A stretch of 64,000 nucleotides of DNA from Cystobasidiomycetes sp. EMM_F5 (GCA_051047955.1 JBPGPT010000055.1:1-64000), one strand, 5' to 3'; counted from the first letter of the stretch, positions 1 through 14,272 are shown. The notes: generated by a model from the sequence alone, not told the origin. Numbers and translations: made by a program.

Positions 1-110
1 CTTCCTCTTCCTCTTCCTCTTCCTCTTCCTCTTCCTCTTCCTCTTCCTCTTCCTCCTCCTCCTCTTCTTCTTCCTCTTCCTCCTCCTCGTCGTCTTCTTC
101 GTCCTCTTCC
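1..110. repeat. (CTTCCT)n/(CTC)n simple repeat encoding poly-Glu on the minus strand
   Basis: Tandem CTTCCT units are directly visible at the window start. Confidence 0.9.
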
Positions 111-1086
111 TCGTCGACATCGATATCAAGGTCCGAATCAACGTATCCGAAAACCTCGTCATGATCGGATGTATCGGAACTTGGCTCAGGCATCTTGGAT
201 GACGGTCCCATAGCATAAACAACCGACTCTCTCGCAGAAGACATTCCTTCCGGAGTGCCTTGAATATCTCCATAGATATAGCTCATTGCCGCCTCTGGAG
301 TCGATGCTGGTCGGCCAAGACGAATCATTTGCGAGTGCTTGTCAAAGTACTGGATAATGTAATGACCACGAATGTAATAGCTAAATGATGAAGTGTCACA
401 CATCAGCCGGGTGTTCTCGAGAAAACGGAGACGGTACGTACACGGCCTCAATGGCGACTGTCTCCTCACGAAGGCCGCCGCAGCGGAGTGCGAGATACAG
501 GTAGAGACGTTGGAAGTAGTCACTGGCAGCCCCGTTCCGTCAGACCAATTATACATCATTTTACTATAGGTGCGTACCGCTTATCTGCCTTTGTCTTCCA
601 GATGGAAGTAGTATATTCCCACATTGCCTGCTGCTTGGGGTTTGCAAGCTTGAAATGGCTTGCTGGCTTGCTGTAAGGTATGGAGCAAGATTTGTAGTAG
701 AAGGAAGACGCTTTTAGAGATCATCTTTTGCTAGGTGCCTAGGAAATTGCATGAACTCACCTGTAGAATGGTATGTTGCGTAGGATCTCTACCTGAGCTG
801 GAGACAAAGCTCTTCCGGTAGTGTCTACACACATTCAATCAGTTAGTCAGATCGTACGTGAGGCTAGACATGGGTACTTACGTCGACGCAGGTATGCTGC
901 GACCAACTTGCGGTGTGCGGGGTCAAATCTGATTGAGCGGGGAGCCACGACCACGCCTCGCAGCTGCTGAAGAAATTTCTCCAGCCACAGGCGCAATGCG
1001 GCGGTAAGGCGGTCTAGCGCTTCTTTCTCGTCACGCTCGGCGCATCTGTTTTTGCTCTCGCCAGCCAGAGTAGACTGAACAGCCAT
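1..1086 (-). CDS. Hypothetical multi-exon protein with Asp/Glu-rich tail; 3' end runs off the window
   Basis: ATG at 1086. GT-AG introns at about 881-825, 760-671 and two more downstream give a continuous frame (...DYFQRLYLYLALRCGG...YYIRGHYIIQYFDKH...DSDLDIDVDEEEDEEDDEEEE). No family recognised. Confidence 0.55.
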
Positions 1087-2511
1087 TGTGGATAGGATTT
1101 GGGTGGATGTATGTGTGTGAATGTAAATGTATGGGCGCTAGAGCAGTAAGACTGTTCTGATGAGTGCTGTGAGAGAATAGGAGCCAACCCAGAATGAAAT
1201 GGGCAGCGCAGCGAGCGCCCAGGCAGCGCCCGCCTCCCTCACCCTTGCACTGGACTCCTGTCCGTTTGTTTATCGCTCAGTGTACGCGCGTCGCGTCGTT
1301 CGTCAGCCTAAATCTTGGGTGTGCCCGCCTCCCGCCCCGCATGATGGCTGTTTCTGCATGAATGCGACCCCCTGCTGGCTGGCGAGCGATGGAGTCATCA
1401 GCAATGGCCTGAGAGTCAGTGAGTGTGTACTGAGATGATTTGGAGTATTCGTCAACGTTCCTGTACGCCTGCTGCGGTCGTCAGCGAAGTCGAACGGTTC
1501 AAATCGGTCAATCTTGGGCAAACGTCAGTACAGATGGTTGGGAAGTCACTGCAACGGCATGTATCATTTCATGGAGTGTCAGAGCGGTGCCAACAATCCG
1601 TCTTTCCTCTCTTTTCTCTACCTTGCGCTCTTTCTTCCATTTTCTCCACATGCATTCCTGCGAGCGCGGGAGCAAATTCCGACCATCCGCTTATTGGATA
1701 TATGCAGTCTCGTTATGTGCTCATGCTAGTCGCATCGTTCTCCTTCGTCACAGCCGTTTCATTACAGTAATCTGACCAGACACGAATCCCATGTCTCCAC
1801 ACTCAGATGCCCGCGGCCCCCTTACTTAAATCCCAAGGTCCAGTCGGAGTGTCCCGTACAATTTCACTATCGTCGTACATTGAATACCGCCTGCCTGACT
1901 TCACTTGCAAATCAGCAATCCTGTTACTACCTTACGTTCTCTACCAGCGAAAGTCCTTAGAGGAACCTGCGGCTGCAAGGACGCAACCGAACGCATTGCT
2001 CGAGTCAACGAGACACGCATGAGTCACTTAAGCGGCCTTAGAATCCGCCTCACCACGTTCAATAGGAAAAGCGATGCGAACAGATACATAATGAGACTGA
2101 GCAGTCGAAAATGCTCTCTAGCAGACATACACGACGCAGAAGCAAAGAGCAGAAGAGCATGCATGAAGATTGTCCATTGAAACGACTAAAAGTCACTCTG
2201 AAGGTACTAACTACCCTTACACTACCACAAACATAAGTCTCATGCGCATCTTGCAAAGGAAGAGCAACGAGACTACTGCTCTGCAGGCGAAGAGTGAAGG
2301 GTGCTATGCAAGGCTCTAAATTTTGAGAGGAAACGACTCGATTAGGGGATTGATTTGAAGATTTGCGAAGACCGAGCATGAACGGCACGATGATTTGCGA
2401 GGTGCGAGCTTGATGAGGAAAGAGAGGATTGTCCATCGTTTTGCTTGTCATGTAAAGACTACTGTTGTTACTGCTGATTTATCATTTCTCCGTCACGTCA
2501 AATATGCAGCG

Positions 2512-4696
2512 TCATGACAAGAAGGCGACCGAGACTGCCAGCGTGCTCAGGGTCGCCAGCATCACTCCAATCTGCGACAGTGTGCTCGACTTGAATGCCG
2601 CACTCTTCGTGATGGTATTTGAGGTTGCTCCCGCGGCGACATCGCTGCCTAGTCCGTTCGATCCCGCAGACCCATCTGCAGATTTGATGACTGCTCCTGA
2701 TCCCGAGATTGTCCCTGGCATGGCCTGGACTTTCGATGTAGGTTGCGTTCCAATCTTGCCGTTGCCGACCATGATATCTACACCTGTAGACGGAGTCCCT
2801 GCAACGACGACATAGACCAACGCAGGACCAGGTGCCATGATGGAAGGATTGGGTGGCATTTGCGAAGTATGGATGACTGCTGATCCATCGCTGTTGAGCG
2901 TCCACGTTGTGTTGAGCTGCACCAAGCGCATGCCCATATTCATGGCGTGGGTAGAGTAGCCTGTTCGCATCACATTGACCTTGACGGTATCGACGTTGGA
3001 GACGTTGTTGAACAAGTCTGCCGCAGAGAGGGTAATATCAAAGTAGTTGCCGCCATACGTAAGAGTCGTAGGAATGCCAGATGGTTGAGGCTTGCGTCTA
3101 TCCATGTAGTCTGGATAGAACATCTCGACCCTATACTCTGTCGGATACTTGTACGTTACACCACGCTCGTCCTTGAAGCCCGATTTAGGTATGTAGTCTG
3201 CGTTAGGGTTGGATCCGCAGTCCATGATACTTCCATCGGCCAGGAGGGTGGCCGAAGAGTGATACATTCGATTGACCGTCATCTTTTGCAGATTCGATGG
3301 ACGAATCCACCTCTTGCCTTTGGGAGCCGATGGATCATAGTACGCGGCAGTCAACAGTGGATTATCGCCGTACGACTGACCGATTGCCCAACTGACATTG
3401 CCGTAGCCTGCTGTTCCAGTGGCAATGCCATTCAGGTGGAAGAGACGACCGTCAGGGAGGATGATGAATTGTCCCATTGATCGTCCTTCAAACATGGAAT
3501 CTTCGTCCGTCCACTGGGAGGACTTGTCGGGTGTGATGGACACGCAGGTATAGTCTGCGGGGTACGCAGCAACATTCCAATTTGGCGACGTCATCCACTG
3601 ATCAGGTTGGAGGTTTGTACCTCCGCAGAAGAGAAGAGTCGCCGTCCAGTTGTTTGCGGGAGTAAGAGGGAGCATAGCAGACGCGCCTGAAGCGGGGTAA
3701 ACGCGAACAGCATGCGGGATATCGGGAAGCGGGTGTTCAACGGAATTTTGCCAGTCGAAAATTTCAGCACCCAGATTTGATTGGACAAACAGGTTGCCCG
3801 ATGGCAGGAGCCATGTAAGGGGGTAGAGATTGCACGGCAGTGTCTCTGCCAGGATGTTTAGACCGAGTTGGTTGCCCTTTGAAGGAAAGTACTCGATGGT
3901 AGGATTGTCTGCATACTCTGTATTGACGTAGCCTCCGTCCCTCATACCACCGAGAATGGCCATACTGCCGTCTTGAAGTGTTTCGATTGAGGGATACCAC
4001 CGCTCCGACTGCATGTAGGCGTACGACGGGGTGGTCCACTGACACGACTTGTCGGTACAGGGCGTCAAGAGACGAATGGCAGTACCACCGTTGTAATTGT
4101 CATAGGGCATTGCGCCATTTACGCCGTCCAGACCACCGTATGTGACTGCTTTATTGCCTCCAAACACGGCCCACGTCCCATTTGGCAGAACATTGCCACC
4201 TGCGCAAAACGTGTTTGTAGCAACGTCCATTGTGCGGTAAGTGTTTGTAGATGTGTCGTACTCGGTTGCCCATGCTGGTTGGAGAGTGTTAGCGTGTCAG
4301 AGGCGCAGTGAGACGCATCCACCCACCTGGATGGCCGTTGATTGAGATTGGATTGCGTTCGACCTTGTCGAGAATGTAGACCTGATGGGTGGATCCGAGG
4401 CGACATTAGCACATGCACGACACACACACACACAAACACACACCACTCCTCACCTTTCCGCCCTGCCCTCTAAACATCTGCTGGCACGATACACCCGAGT
4501 TTCCAGTGACTGCCCAGGTGTTTGCCCGGTTTCCCGCCGTGGTCTGTGCGGACGCGAGGCCCAGCCCGCATATGCAAGCGAGTGCGATGAGTGTGCTCGA
4601 TGTGCTCGTCGATGTAGCGCTTCCATGTCCATGTCGCCCGCTGTTGCGGCTCACATTTGCCTGGCTCCCGCTCCCACTCGCACGAGGCTTGGCCAT
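2512..4696 (-). CDS. Copper radical oxidase / glyoxal oxidase (CAZy AA5_1), secreted, probably GPI- or membrane-anchored
   Basis: Motifs FCAGG (Cys), RWYP, RMYHS and STHA cover the Cys/Tyr cofactor and copper ligands. Hydrophobic LIALACICGLGLASAQ near the N-terminus; hydrophobic C-terminus. Introns 4453-4382 and 4326-4275. Confidence 0.92.
4420..4443. repeat. (CA)n microsatellite in intron 1 of the AA5 gene
   Basis: acacacacacacacaaacacacac. Confidence 0.8.
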
Positions 4697-5427
4697 ATTG
4701 CTGGGCGGGCGAGCAGGAATCGAGTAAAAAGAGTGCGATGGTCGACGAGTGAGCGCAGTGGGCGCAGTGGATGCCAGCAGTGCAAGTGGGTACTCAGCAG
4801 CCAGCCAGTCGGAGTGCAGAATTGAAATGAAAAAGAGTGCGAGATCGGTCAAGGGCCGTGGCGGTGAAGGGCGAATATGCAGTGACCGGGGGTTGCAATT
4901 GAGCGATTAGTCGGAGGGAGAGAAGGGAGCATTACAATCCATTTATAATCATATATAATCATTGCTAATCATCTGCAATGGCTATTGTAATGCTCCATCA
5001 ACCACGCCAACTCACTTTCTCCTCCCCCTCATGCCTCGGTCTCTTTCGCGTCCAAACAATTCACCAAAAGACGCGTCACATGTTTCAGACAAGTCGCGAC
5101 AAGTTATAGCAGAGACGATGTATACAAAGTCACGTCCTTCTATTGCCAATCTACTCTACGCACACAGTGTCCGTCTGTTCACTGCACCTTCACGCGCGTT
5201 TGGATTGAAGGGGGTGGGGGTTAGTCAGCGTCAGGAGTCAGTGCAGCAGAGTCAGTCGCAGTCCCGGCATCGTCAGGGATGAGGTAGCCCAGTTCCAATG
5301 CATATGTCGTGTCTCCAGGCAAGGCTCATTCGGCACGCTCCATTTGCCTGAATCACAAGCACACTCTTGCACCGCATAAACAGACTCCCGACGGTCGTCT
5401 CTAACATATGGACTGCTGTGCTACTCC

Positions 5428-7378
5428 TCATTCCCCCCTCATGCACCCGTCCCGCACTGCAACATGCTGAGCCGGATCAAAGGTACCGTAGAATCCGACG
5501 GGGAACGCCTGGACGAGCCGGGCAGTGATGTCCTTGTATGCTGACTGCGTCCGTGGAATGACTCCGTCTAGAAGCTTGTTACTCTCCGACCGCGGACGTG
5601 CATTCAGCAGACTCGTCAGACTCGCCAGCACCCGACGAGCAGCTTCCTCTTCGTCCAGACTCGGTGCAGGCAGAGGGGCACGAGCAGCTTCCCTCCGTGA
5701 TGGATCCTGGCCGCGCTCTTCCGACCGTCGCAGTCGATTCCACTGTCCTTCCTGCAGTACCCGTAGATATTCCGTATTGTCGCGCAGTCGTTCATCGATG
5801 ATCCTCCCTTCCTCAACCTCTCTCAATGCATCCTTGACGAGCTGCGGATCCAGCACCTCTGCTCCTTCGGCCAGGCTGTTCGTCACGAGAGACGCAGCTT
5901 CAGAGAGCGCAATCCGTGGACTACCCCTCATACCCTCTTCCTCCTTCTTCACCGCGTGAATCGGCGGCAAGGGCGGTAGAGTCCGTTTCTCCCAATCGCG
6001 CACGCTCTGCCGAGACTGTCGCACAAGAACAGACTGCGCATACGACATTGTAGCTTTCGACGAGTCGTACGTAGGAGCAAAGGATTGATACGGATCATAG
6101 TAGAGAAAGGTTACTGCACCATTCGTCACATCTCTCATCAGCAACTCTTCCAGTAAACCTGCGTCATAAATCTATGCTCACCTGGTTCGACGCGGGGAAC
6201 AAAATCCGTAGGCTGCGCTCGATTGCTGCGAGACGGAAGGAGAGATTGCACATCTTTGAGGGTGGGGGTATCGGAGTCTGGCTCATTTATCAAGGAAGAC
6301 AATGATGGCTTCTTGTCTGCACCTTCGAGCACTGTAGGGTGTACTTGCAGAATATCCGTATCGACGACTGCAAGATTTGTTACGCGACGTCATAAGATAG
6401 CTGTAAGCTCAATTACAGATTGTAGCATAGTGGAATGCCGCACTCACGCTCTGATAAAACCGTGTCATCAAGAGGTATGTCTGCAGCAGAAGTAAAGATG
6501 TCCATATCATCGCCAATCGTCCTATGCAGCGCGTACGCGGGCGGAACTGTTGGTAAACTTGGCTTGTTAACGCGGACTCTGTACAATACATGACTATGCA
6601 TCACTGACCCGATGGCGTATATTGCAGACCAAGCCGACTTGCACACTGCTCTTTGAGATCGTCCATCAAATCGGTAATCGTCTCGACGAAAACATCAATC
6701 TCTTTGCTCGTTTGCCGTGATGTCGCATCAGCAGAAAGGACCACGCTGCCTGAAGACATGGCCGCATTGCGTGTCGTGTCGTCAGAGAATGCCGAAGCAA
6801 GACGGCGTTTTGATGCTGATGCTGCGAGGTCCAGGTAGAACTGGTTGTAAGAGGTGTACGGCGGACGATGGCATCCAAGATAGTCAGCATAAAGCAGTAA
6901 AGAAGTATATATATTGCACTCACGCTCAGCGTAGACAGCGAATGCGGCCATCCTTGGCTTTTTGGGTCCAGTGCGTGCAATACAGTCTCGACACCAGCTT
7001 CTTCCGGCAGGCGTTCGGTAGCGACACCATGTTTGTCCAGCCTGATAACGTGCAATACCAACGTGAAGCGACGAGTAGTTTCATTTCAGCGTTGTCTTCC
7101 CCTCCGTTTTGTTGGATAATCAAGACCCACATTCGAACGACCCTTTGCAGCTTTGTCGACTCGTCTACCGTGAGAACCAGTTGGTCCTCCACGCTGCCAT
7201 CTCCATTCGCGTAGCCCATGTCGACATCCTCCCGTTTCCCATTCTTTGTATCGGAATGCGACCCAGCTGACTTTGGCAGCTTTGCGATTCCGCCTGCACT
7301 GCTGCCCTTGTTGCCATCTGACGCTGCTCCTCGTTTGCGCTTCCCGAGCTGCTGAGGACTGCTGCTACTGATGGCCAT
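5428..7378 (-). CDS. Putative RSC/SWI-SNF chromatin-remodelling subunit (Rsc58 / BRD7-BRD9 DUF3512-like), multi-exon
   Basis: N-terminal NLS KRKR; bromodomain-like helix YTSYNQFYLDL; FLYYDPYQSFAPTYDSSKATMS resembles the Rsc58/BRD7-9 motif. The true 3' end may lie in one more exon below 5428. Confidence 0.5.
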
Positions 7379-7657
7379 GGCTGGGGATGCCTGCTCTTCT
7401 GGTTGGACACTGCACCGTCACAGTCCAGTATGCAATGCGTCGGTCGTTCTCAGATATCACAGTCGAGTCCCAGTCGTCATCAAGCAGTAGTGTCAGTATT
7501 TCTCCATGTTGGGTGTCCGTGTTGCGTCAAGATCAATAAATCCGTCACATCTCCAGCAAGTTTGGCTTCCGCTACTGCGCAGCTATGACACAACATCGAC
7601 ACTGACTGCTCTAGACTGCACACAAGTCGGCAGGAATGGCCCAACCGGAAAGGCTAC

Positions 7658-10246
7658 CTACGATGAACTCGCTTCCTGCAATCGCTTCAATGCTGCCACG
7701 AAAGCCCGGGGCGTAAAGAGGGTGTCGCTGCCGTACGTGATTCTTTTCCGGCTTCCCGTTCCTACGCTGTAGCCAGCGGTATTGGCGTTGGCTGATGACC
7801 GGACAGCATGTTCCTGCAGTGCCGAATACTCGACATAGCTGCCTCCGCCCACGACAAATACTACTGCTTCGGTAAAAGCCATCCTCTTGTTTGCTGAAGA
7901 GGCTTTGCCCATCGTTGATCGCGCTTGTCGAGGGTCAAAGAGAAGATAGTCGTCTATGTTGGCCAGCGTTTCGTTGCTCGCCGATGCAGGCTCCATGAAC
8001 GCGTCCACGATGCGCGTAACGATGCTGTCTTTGCGCGCAGGGAGAAAGTTCTTGACACCAGACAGGAGGTTGTCGAATCCGACACCGCCTTCTTTTAACC
8101 GGTCTGTCAACTATAGATTTTACCAGAACAGTCAGTCACCCATCGTATACCGCCCTGCTTTGTACACTGACCCTGCTGCTGATGGAGTTTAGTCCTCGGA
8201 AAACCTCTCCTCCTAATCCAGCGGGCTGTGTTGTCGGAACGGGCGGCGCTGCCGCAAATGTAGCCATTCGCGTAATTTCGCGAATTCTTGCCAACAGCGA
8301 GGAAACATTAGTCGTGTCGTATATTGAAAAGAGTCACAGAACATACTTTTTGATGTACTGCCAAGCGCTCAAATCCGCTCCAACTTCATTCAAGGCGCGC
8401 TCATATTCGAGAATGTCGTCCTTGGGAACGGCATGATCGGGCATGGACATGTAGAATACCATGAGCAGCCGGAGCTTGTCTTCAGCATTCTTCTTCTCTG
8501 CGTCACGTATAGCCTCCAGCATGGCCGCTTTCGTCTACCGGGCGTGACTGTGAAGTCAGTCTGCCGACCTAGGGTTCCCAACTGCTTTTCCTTGACTCAC
8601 CTGCTTGGAAGCCGCCTCTTCCATCTGAAACAGAGTATCTAGGCCACGCTCCTTGATACCCTGCAGCAGTGCCGTCGCTATATTCATATGTGTGTCGATT
8701 GTCGCTTTCCTAGCGGTTAGCTCCGGTAGTGCAGTAATGGCAGCTTTTAGATGCGCAGCATTGTTGGTCATGTCCATTTGTGAAATATCCGTCACGTCGC
8801 CTACGCCAGTCGTTTTCGTAATCTCTGCAGCGTCCGTGCGATACTTGTTTGATTCGAAATCGAGAGCCTCGGCAGCTTGTGGGAAGGGAGCGGCGCCATT
8901 CTTGCTCCAAAAGAAATCTTTCGAGTCGAGATCGTAGGTCCGTTTTTGAAGCTTGCCTTGTTCGGGCGACTGCGTTCAGAAAGGTTTCGTATGGGTGAGC
9001 TCTGAAGAAGGTATGCATGCTTTACACTGATCGGCTTACATCTACCGTTACGCGATTCAACTTGATTTCCAAAACGTCGTTGACAAGGGCTTGGTAGGAC
9101 CAAGAATGAGCAACCATGGGTATCAAATCCACGTTGCGGTCCAAGATAATCAGAACTGCAAAGCTTCATCAGTATTGCAGTCGGGCGAATCAGAAACAGC
9201 AGAGCTAGACGTACCAGGTCGCGAGAAGCTCGTACTACTTGACGTATCGTTGAATGGGTTAACTGTCCGTGAATGTACTTGATCTCGTAATCGAGCATCC
9301 AGCTTGTGCGCAACCATTTCTGCTGCATTGCCGCGTGGACATCGAATGATAGGCACTTGGCCGGTCGTAGCGATGACACTCATAAGACTCATAGCGACAC
9401 GATCTACGACAGCTTCGATATCTGATTCTGTCGCTTTCGGGTCGTTGAGTAATTCGTACACTGTCCGCACATCTGGCGGCGCACTAGTCGTGAGCTGTTT
9501 GGGGTTGCTTTTGGTTACTTGTTGGGCGGAAGAAGAAGATGGTGGTGGATGTTGAGGCAAGAGCGAGAAGAGTGTCGGCTCCAGGACTACGAAATCGAGA
9601 TATTGGTCAAAGACCTGTTCAACGAATTCGACTGTGTTGCTCTGTGCTACATATTGCGCAAACTCTTCAAGTAGGGCGCGTGGCAGGATACTTGTGAAGT
9701 TGACGTGTATACTCTCGTAGAGGTTGCGACTGAGATCCTGAATTCCGGTGTATTTAGGGTTAGGATCTGGATTAGAATTGACGATACTCACTTCGCCTAT
9801 CCGTTTGACATTTTCAGAGGTCGGTGATACAAAGTAGATGGCAGGAACGTCGGGTAAAGGTGGACGGTCAGAGTGCAGTTGCCTGTGAAGAATGGTCGTT
9901 CAAGGATAAAGTCACGGCGGTCAATGCTAGCTTTCTCAGCGAGAAAGCTGCTCGAAGCCTACATGTGCAGGGTAACGCCATTGTCTCGAAGATCTTGGAC
10001 ACGCAACGTCGTCGCCAGGATATCCTGCGCCCGCTGGTCGAGTATCAAGACTTTCCACGTCGGCAGCGGTGCATTGGACGGTCCAGCCATGCCAGCCAGA
10101 GGACCGCTGGAAGTGCCGCCATTGTTGCCATTGACGAGACTGCTCGACGAGCTGCTGGGTGCAGGCGCATTAAAGTTTAGCAGCGACAGCAGCGACGCAA
10201 CCTGCCGGTCTCGCAGCGAAGGTGACGCTGGATCCGAGTGCGACAT
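7658..10246 (-). CDS. SLY1: Sec1/Munc18-family protein Sly1 (ER-Golgi trafficking)
   Basis: WKVLILD...[52 protein letters not shown] and [12 protein letters not shown] across several exons. Confidence 0.95.
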
Positions 10247-10474
10247 GGCTCGCGAGTCTCAAGCAAGCGGGGCTCCGGAGCTGCTTGGTGTCGCGATATC
10301 CTGGCAGTATGGTTGTCGGGGTCGGTCAAGTGCTGAAAGACATGTTTGAGAACGCGACATACACATGCAAACATCGTGGCAAAGCAACTTGAGAGGAATA
10401 AATGTTCCGACTGCAACTATGCTACATTGAAGATTGTTCCAGTTCCGCCTCGAATGTGGGCTTTGTTTACGATA

Positions 10475-12481
10475 TCATCTCGCTCCACGCTCGACAATCT
10501 TTGTTGCGGGGCCAAATGGCCAACAAGTCAGCCCTTGTCCTATGAATAGCGACAGACAGACACACCGGCCAGCCATAACGAACGCGATGTAGTACGTCTA
10601 CCGCATAGTTACTGAAAGTGCTCTGGGTAGTGGAACGAAAGTAGAGCAGCGTTCAGTTCGGTCGCTGAGGACGGGCACATAGAAAGCTCACACCCGGCGT
10701 TCCAACCATATCACGGCCATGCGAAGCTACCAGGGCGTCCACGAATGGATAGTAGAAGGGCGCAAGCGATACCCCGTCTTCCTTATTTCGCAACGCGGAA
10801 AGAGCCCTTACAGCAGGGATCGGCTGGCTATTGAATGCAGATGGCGCGCTGATCGTAAAATCTGCGAGCACAAATATGCACGGAAAAGTATCGAAGAAGA
10901 TTCGCAAGTACGGGTCTGTTTCGGGAATCTTGCTGTCAGTCGCCAGGTAGACCGGATGATTAAGGATCAACAGTCTTTCATCGGAATGAAGAGGACCTCG
11001 GCACGTCAACGACGGATGAATATGCATGTCCGATCGACTTCGTTCGGGAGACAAGGAAGGAAGATCGTCATGCGGATCATGCTTCGCTAACCGACGCGAT
11101 ATTATCGAGACAATGGTGCGGTTCGCTGAGTGTAGCATATCCGGCGACATTTGTGCGGTCAGCGGCACATCACGTCGGCGCATCAACTTTTCGGCCTTTT
11201 GCAAGGTCTGACTCTCGCGTAACAGGCCTTCCAACAAGTCGTGTCTGATTCCCAACTTCTCCCCAACCAGTTGTCGGAATATGGCAAGTGCATTATTCGC
11301 AGCGTTCGAGCGGAAGACGCCGTCCCCCATACGGACATGAGCTCCAAAGTAGGCGTCAGAGCCGCCCAATCGTGCGCTGATCGCGTCTGCAGCTTCGTCC
11401 AGATCCTTATTGCGAAGAACCATATTTTGCCGGGCAGCTGTGCGAGCAGCCCTGTGGTCCGGCAGATTCAGTCGCAGACGCTCCGTACCGAAAAGAGAGC
11501 CAAAATGGAGCAGTTTGTAATTGTCAAGTTTGCGCAATTGTGATATGTTGACAGATGTAGCGAATCTTCCGAGCTTGTCGTCGGCAACCTCGGAATCGTC
11601 GAATCGATAGTCGTACAGCTTGGCATCGGGAAGAGTCTTCAGGTCTTGTGCCAGGTTTATGTGCAAGGCTTGTTCTAGCCAAGCATAGCTAGTGTTCCAT
11701 CGGGTAATCAGGGCTTGGTCCGCTGCGATTTTATCCATGTCAGTCAAGACGTCCCAGGAGACGACCGTATAGTCCCAATAGCCTCCGAGACATTCATGGG
11801 GAATGAGGTGGTTCTTCGGAATGTCTTTGCAGTGCATCAAGCCAGTCTTGCGAGCCATTTCTAAGCGGTTATACATTTTATCGAACGCAATGAACGGAAT
11901 CGCCAGTCCTAGCCAGACCGGAGGGACGAGCAGAGTTCGTTCTAGTATCCTGGCCAGCGCCAATGCATTCTCTAGCGCTATGCGTTGATTATGAAAGCCC
12001 TGAAGTAGGACAAGTTACGGGCGGATCAGAATGGCACAGGAGTGTACACAGTATCACTTACGCTATGAGGGAAGTATGCCATATATCTCTCGGCGGGATC
12101 CGCTCGTGGTACGCGCGCTTTCGGCAACGGGTCAACATTGACGTCTCGTAACGCCGTCTCATCTGACAGCGAGCCCGCCGCAGCACGAGCTGAAGCCGTA
12201 TCGACCTCGTTTCGAACATTGGTATTGCTGTTCAAAGTCGTTGTATGCCTTGTATAGAGGAACCACCAGAGCAAACAGCTGGCTGTAAAAACGACCACTA
12301 AGGCTGCTCGTCGTCTCGAGCCGATAGACGGACTAAACGCGACTCTGGACAGTCCTAGCCCAGCAAAATCTTTGCTACGTTCTGACCCGCTCCCATCTGC
12401 CCAGCTATGCGAATGCTGAGGCAGCTGGTATGAATGATGTCGCCGGCGCGTGTTATGGACGGTCTTTGATCCAGCGAGCAT
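10475..12481 (-). CDS. O-fucosyltransferase-family (GT-B fold, CigA-like) type II membrane protein
   Basis: N-terminal TM segment; YFPHS|GFHNQRIALENA, HVRMGD, VYLATD and GTPG|STFS motifs; short terminal exon IVERGAR* ends at 10475. Confidence 0.8.
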
Positions 12482-12733
12482 CGCAGTTTGGCGACAATTC
12501 TCCACTCAGCATATTCATACATGGCTGGGAGGATGTCAGTCCTGTGCGTACGGAACGAGAGTCATATTTGCAGAGATTCTTACAGATGTCATTCGCGGGG
12601 CAAAGGACAACGGACGAACAAACAACGGATGTCTTCCACTGTATTCGCCAAAGCTGAAGCATTTGATCACTATTAATGCTGACGACGCACTCAATGACTC
12701 GGTTTGCAACCCCTCATCCATTCAGTCGTCCTC

Positions 12734-14272
12734 ATGCCGTCCGAGCGTACATGTATTGTTATTGGTGCCGGGTTGTCTGGACTAGCATGCGCAGCTGATC
12801 TCGTCAAAGCGGGGTTCCAAGTGACAGTTCTCGAAGCTAGAAATCGCATTGGCGGCCGGACCCATACTTTGTCAGATCCAGCCAGCGGAACCGTTCTGGA
12901 TTTGGGTGGTTCATTTATCCATGGCATAGCTGGCAACCCGCTTTACGCCATCGCACAGGCAAGGAACCTTCGTCTGGCGTTTCCTGGCCATGCTGGAGCG
13001 GAAAATCATACGCAAGTATATTCTTCGGAAGGTCCGTTGCTTCCTGTGGAGCTTGCTAAAACACTTGCATCAAATGCGAGTCACACGTTCTTCGAGTCCT
13101 CTGGATATGCCGCACAAGACAGTTCGCAAACGTACCCGGCAGCGACGGACAGTCTCAGCTCCTTCTGCATGGACGATCACAGAACAACCCTGCATAGAGG
13201 CCTGCGGACGGAGCTGGACAAAGAACGCGCAGCAGCGATACTCAACAGCTTCAACGATTGGATCGGTGGGCCATTGTCTGATACGAGCCTGAGATACTGG
13301 CGAAGCGATATCAACTTTGGCGGCGGACCGGACGCAGTCCTTGTTGACGGATATGCCGGCATCTACACTCCGCTCGCCGACGCGGTCAGGAACGCAGGCA
13401 ACGGGTCCAATGTTATACTGGAGGCAGAAGTCATCTCCGTAGAACTGGCAAAGGAAGCGGAGGGTGTGGTCGTCCAAACAAAGTCCACGTCGGGCGCTGA
13501 CAAGAGGATACATCGTGCCTCCTTCTGTGTCTGCACTCTACCACTGGGTGTGCTCACCATGCGTCCTCCAGTGTTTGTGCCGGCTCTACCAAAGCGACGG
13601 ATCGATGCCGCTCTACGCATCGGGCAGGGTCTTCTAAACAAGATCATAGTCACATATCCTACATGTTTCTGGCCAGAAGAAGAGAGTGTCTTTACTTTGC
13701 TACCGTCAGCGCCGTCTGAGGCATTCGTGCCCCTGCTGAGGCATCGCGCAATAGACGTGATGAATTACAAACCCATCACTGGAAAGAACCAGCTTGTCAT
13801 GTTCTGTGGCGCAGACTTTGGCAAGGCCATCGAAGCACTGTCAGACGATTACATAGCAAAATCCGTTCATGCTATCTTCATGCATCACTTCTCGAACGGA
13901 GCAAAATCCGATGGGGTTCCACATACGCCCGACGGCGTTATCGTCACGAGATGGCTCAGAGATCCCTTCGCCTGCGGCAGCTACACCTATGTCAGGAAGG
14001 CACAAGGCGGTGAGGCCGAAGTCCCCACACCCTTCGATTATTGTGAGCTTGGACGCCCGCAATGGGGTGGCCGCTTGGGTTTTGCGGGTGAGGCTACGGA
14101 TGCGTTCCACTATGTGAGTAAATGCATAACTGCTGTTAGTTGGTACTGATATCTCTTTACATGTAATATCGCGCAGGCGAGCGCACATGGTCCCCTCTTG
14201 ACGGGACAGCGGGAAGCAAAGCGGATTCTAGAATGTCTCGAGAGCGAACAAATCGACCAATGTAATGCCTGA
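12734..14272 (+). CDS. Flavin-containing amine oxidase (polyamine oxidase / Amino_oxidase family), copy 1
   Basis: GAGLSG dinucleotide-binding motif, LEARNRIGGR, DLGGSFIHG, GLLNKI, TRWLRDPFACGSY and FAGEAT. One intron, 14114-14177. Confidence 0.92.

Noticed and set aside
100..300. Possible frameshift or pseudogene in the first gene
   Set aside because: Careful reading shows the upstream exons continue in frame into the acidic tract.
1199..2451. Short overlapping ORFs between the first gene and the AA5 oxidase
   Set aside because: No consistent exon chain or family motif could be built; treated as intergenic or unresolved.
5071..5076. ACGCGT upstream of the AA5 oxidase
   Set aside because: A single hexamer expected by chance, with no functional link to G1/S.
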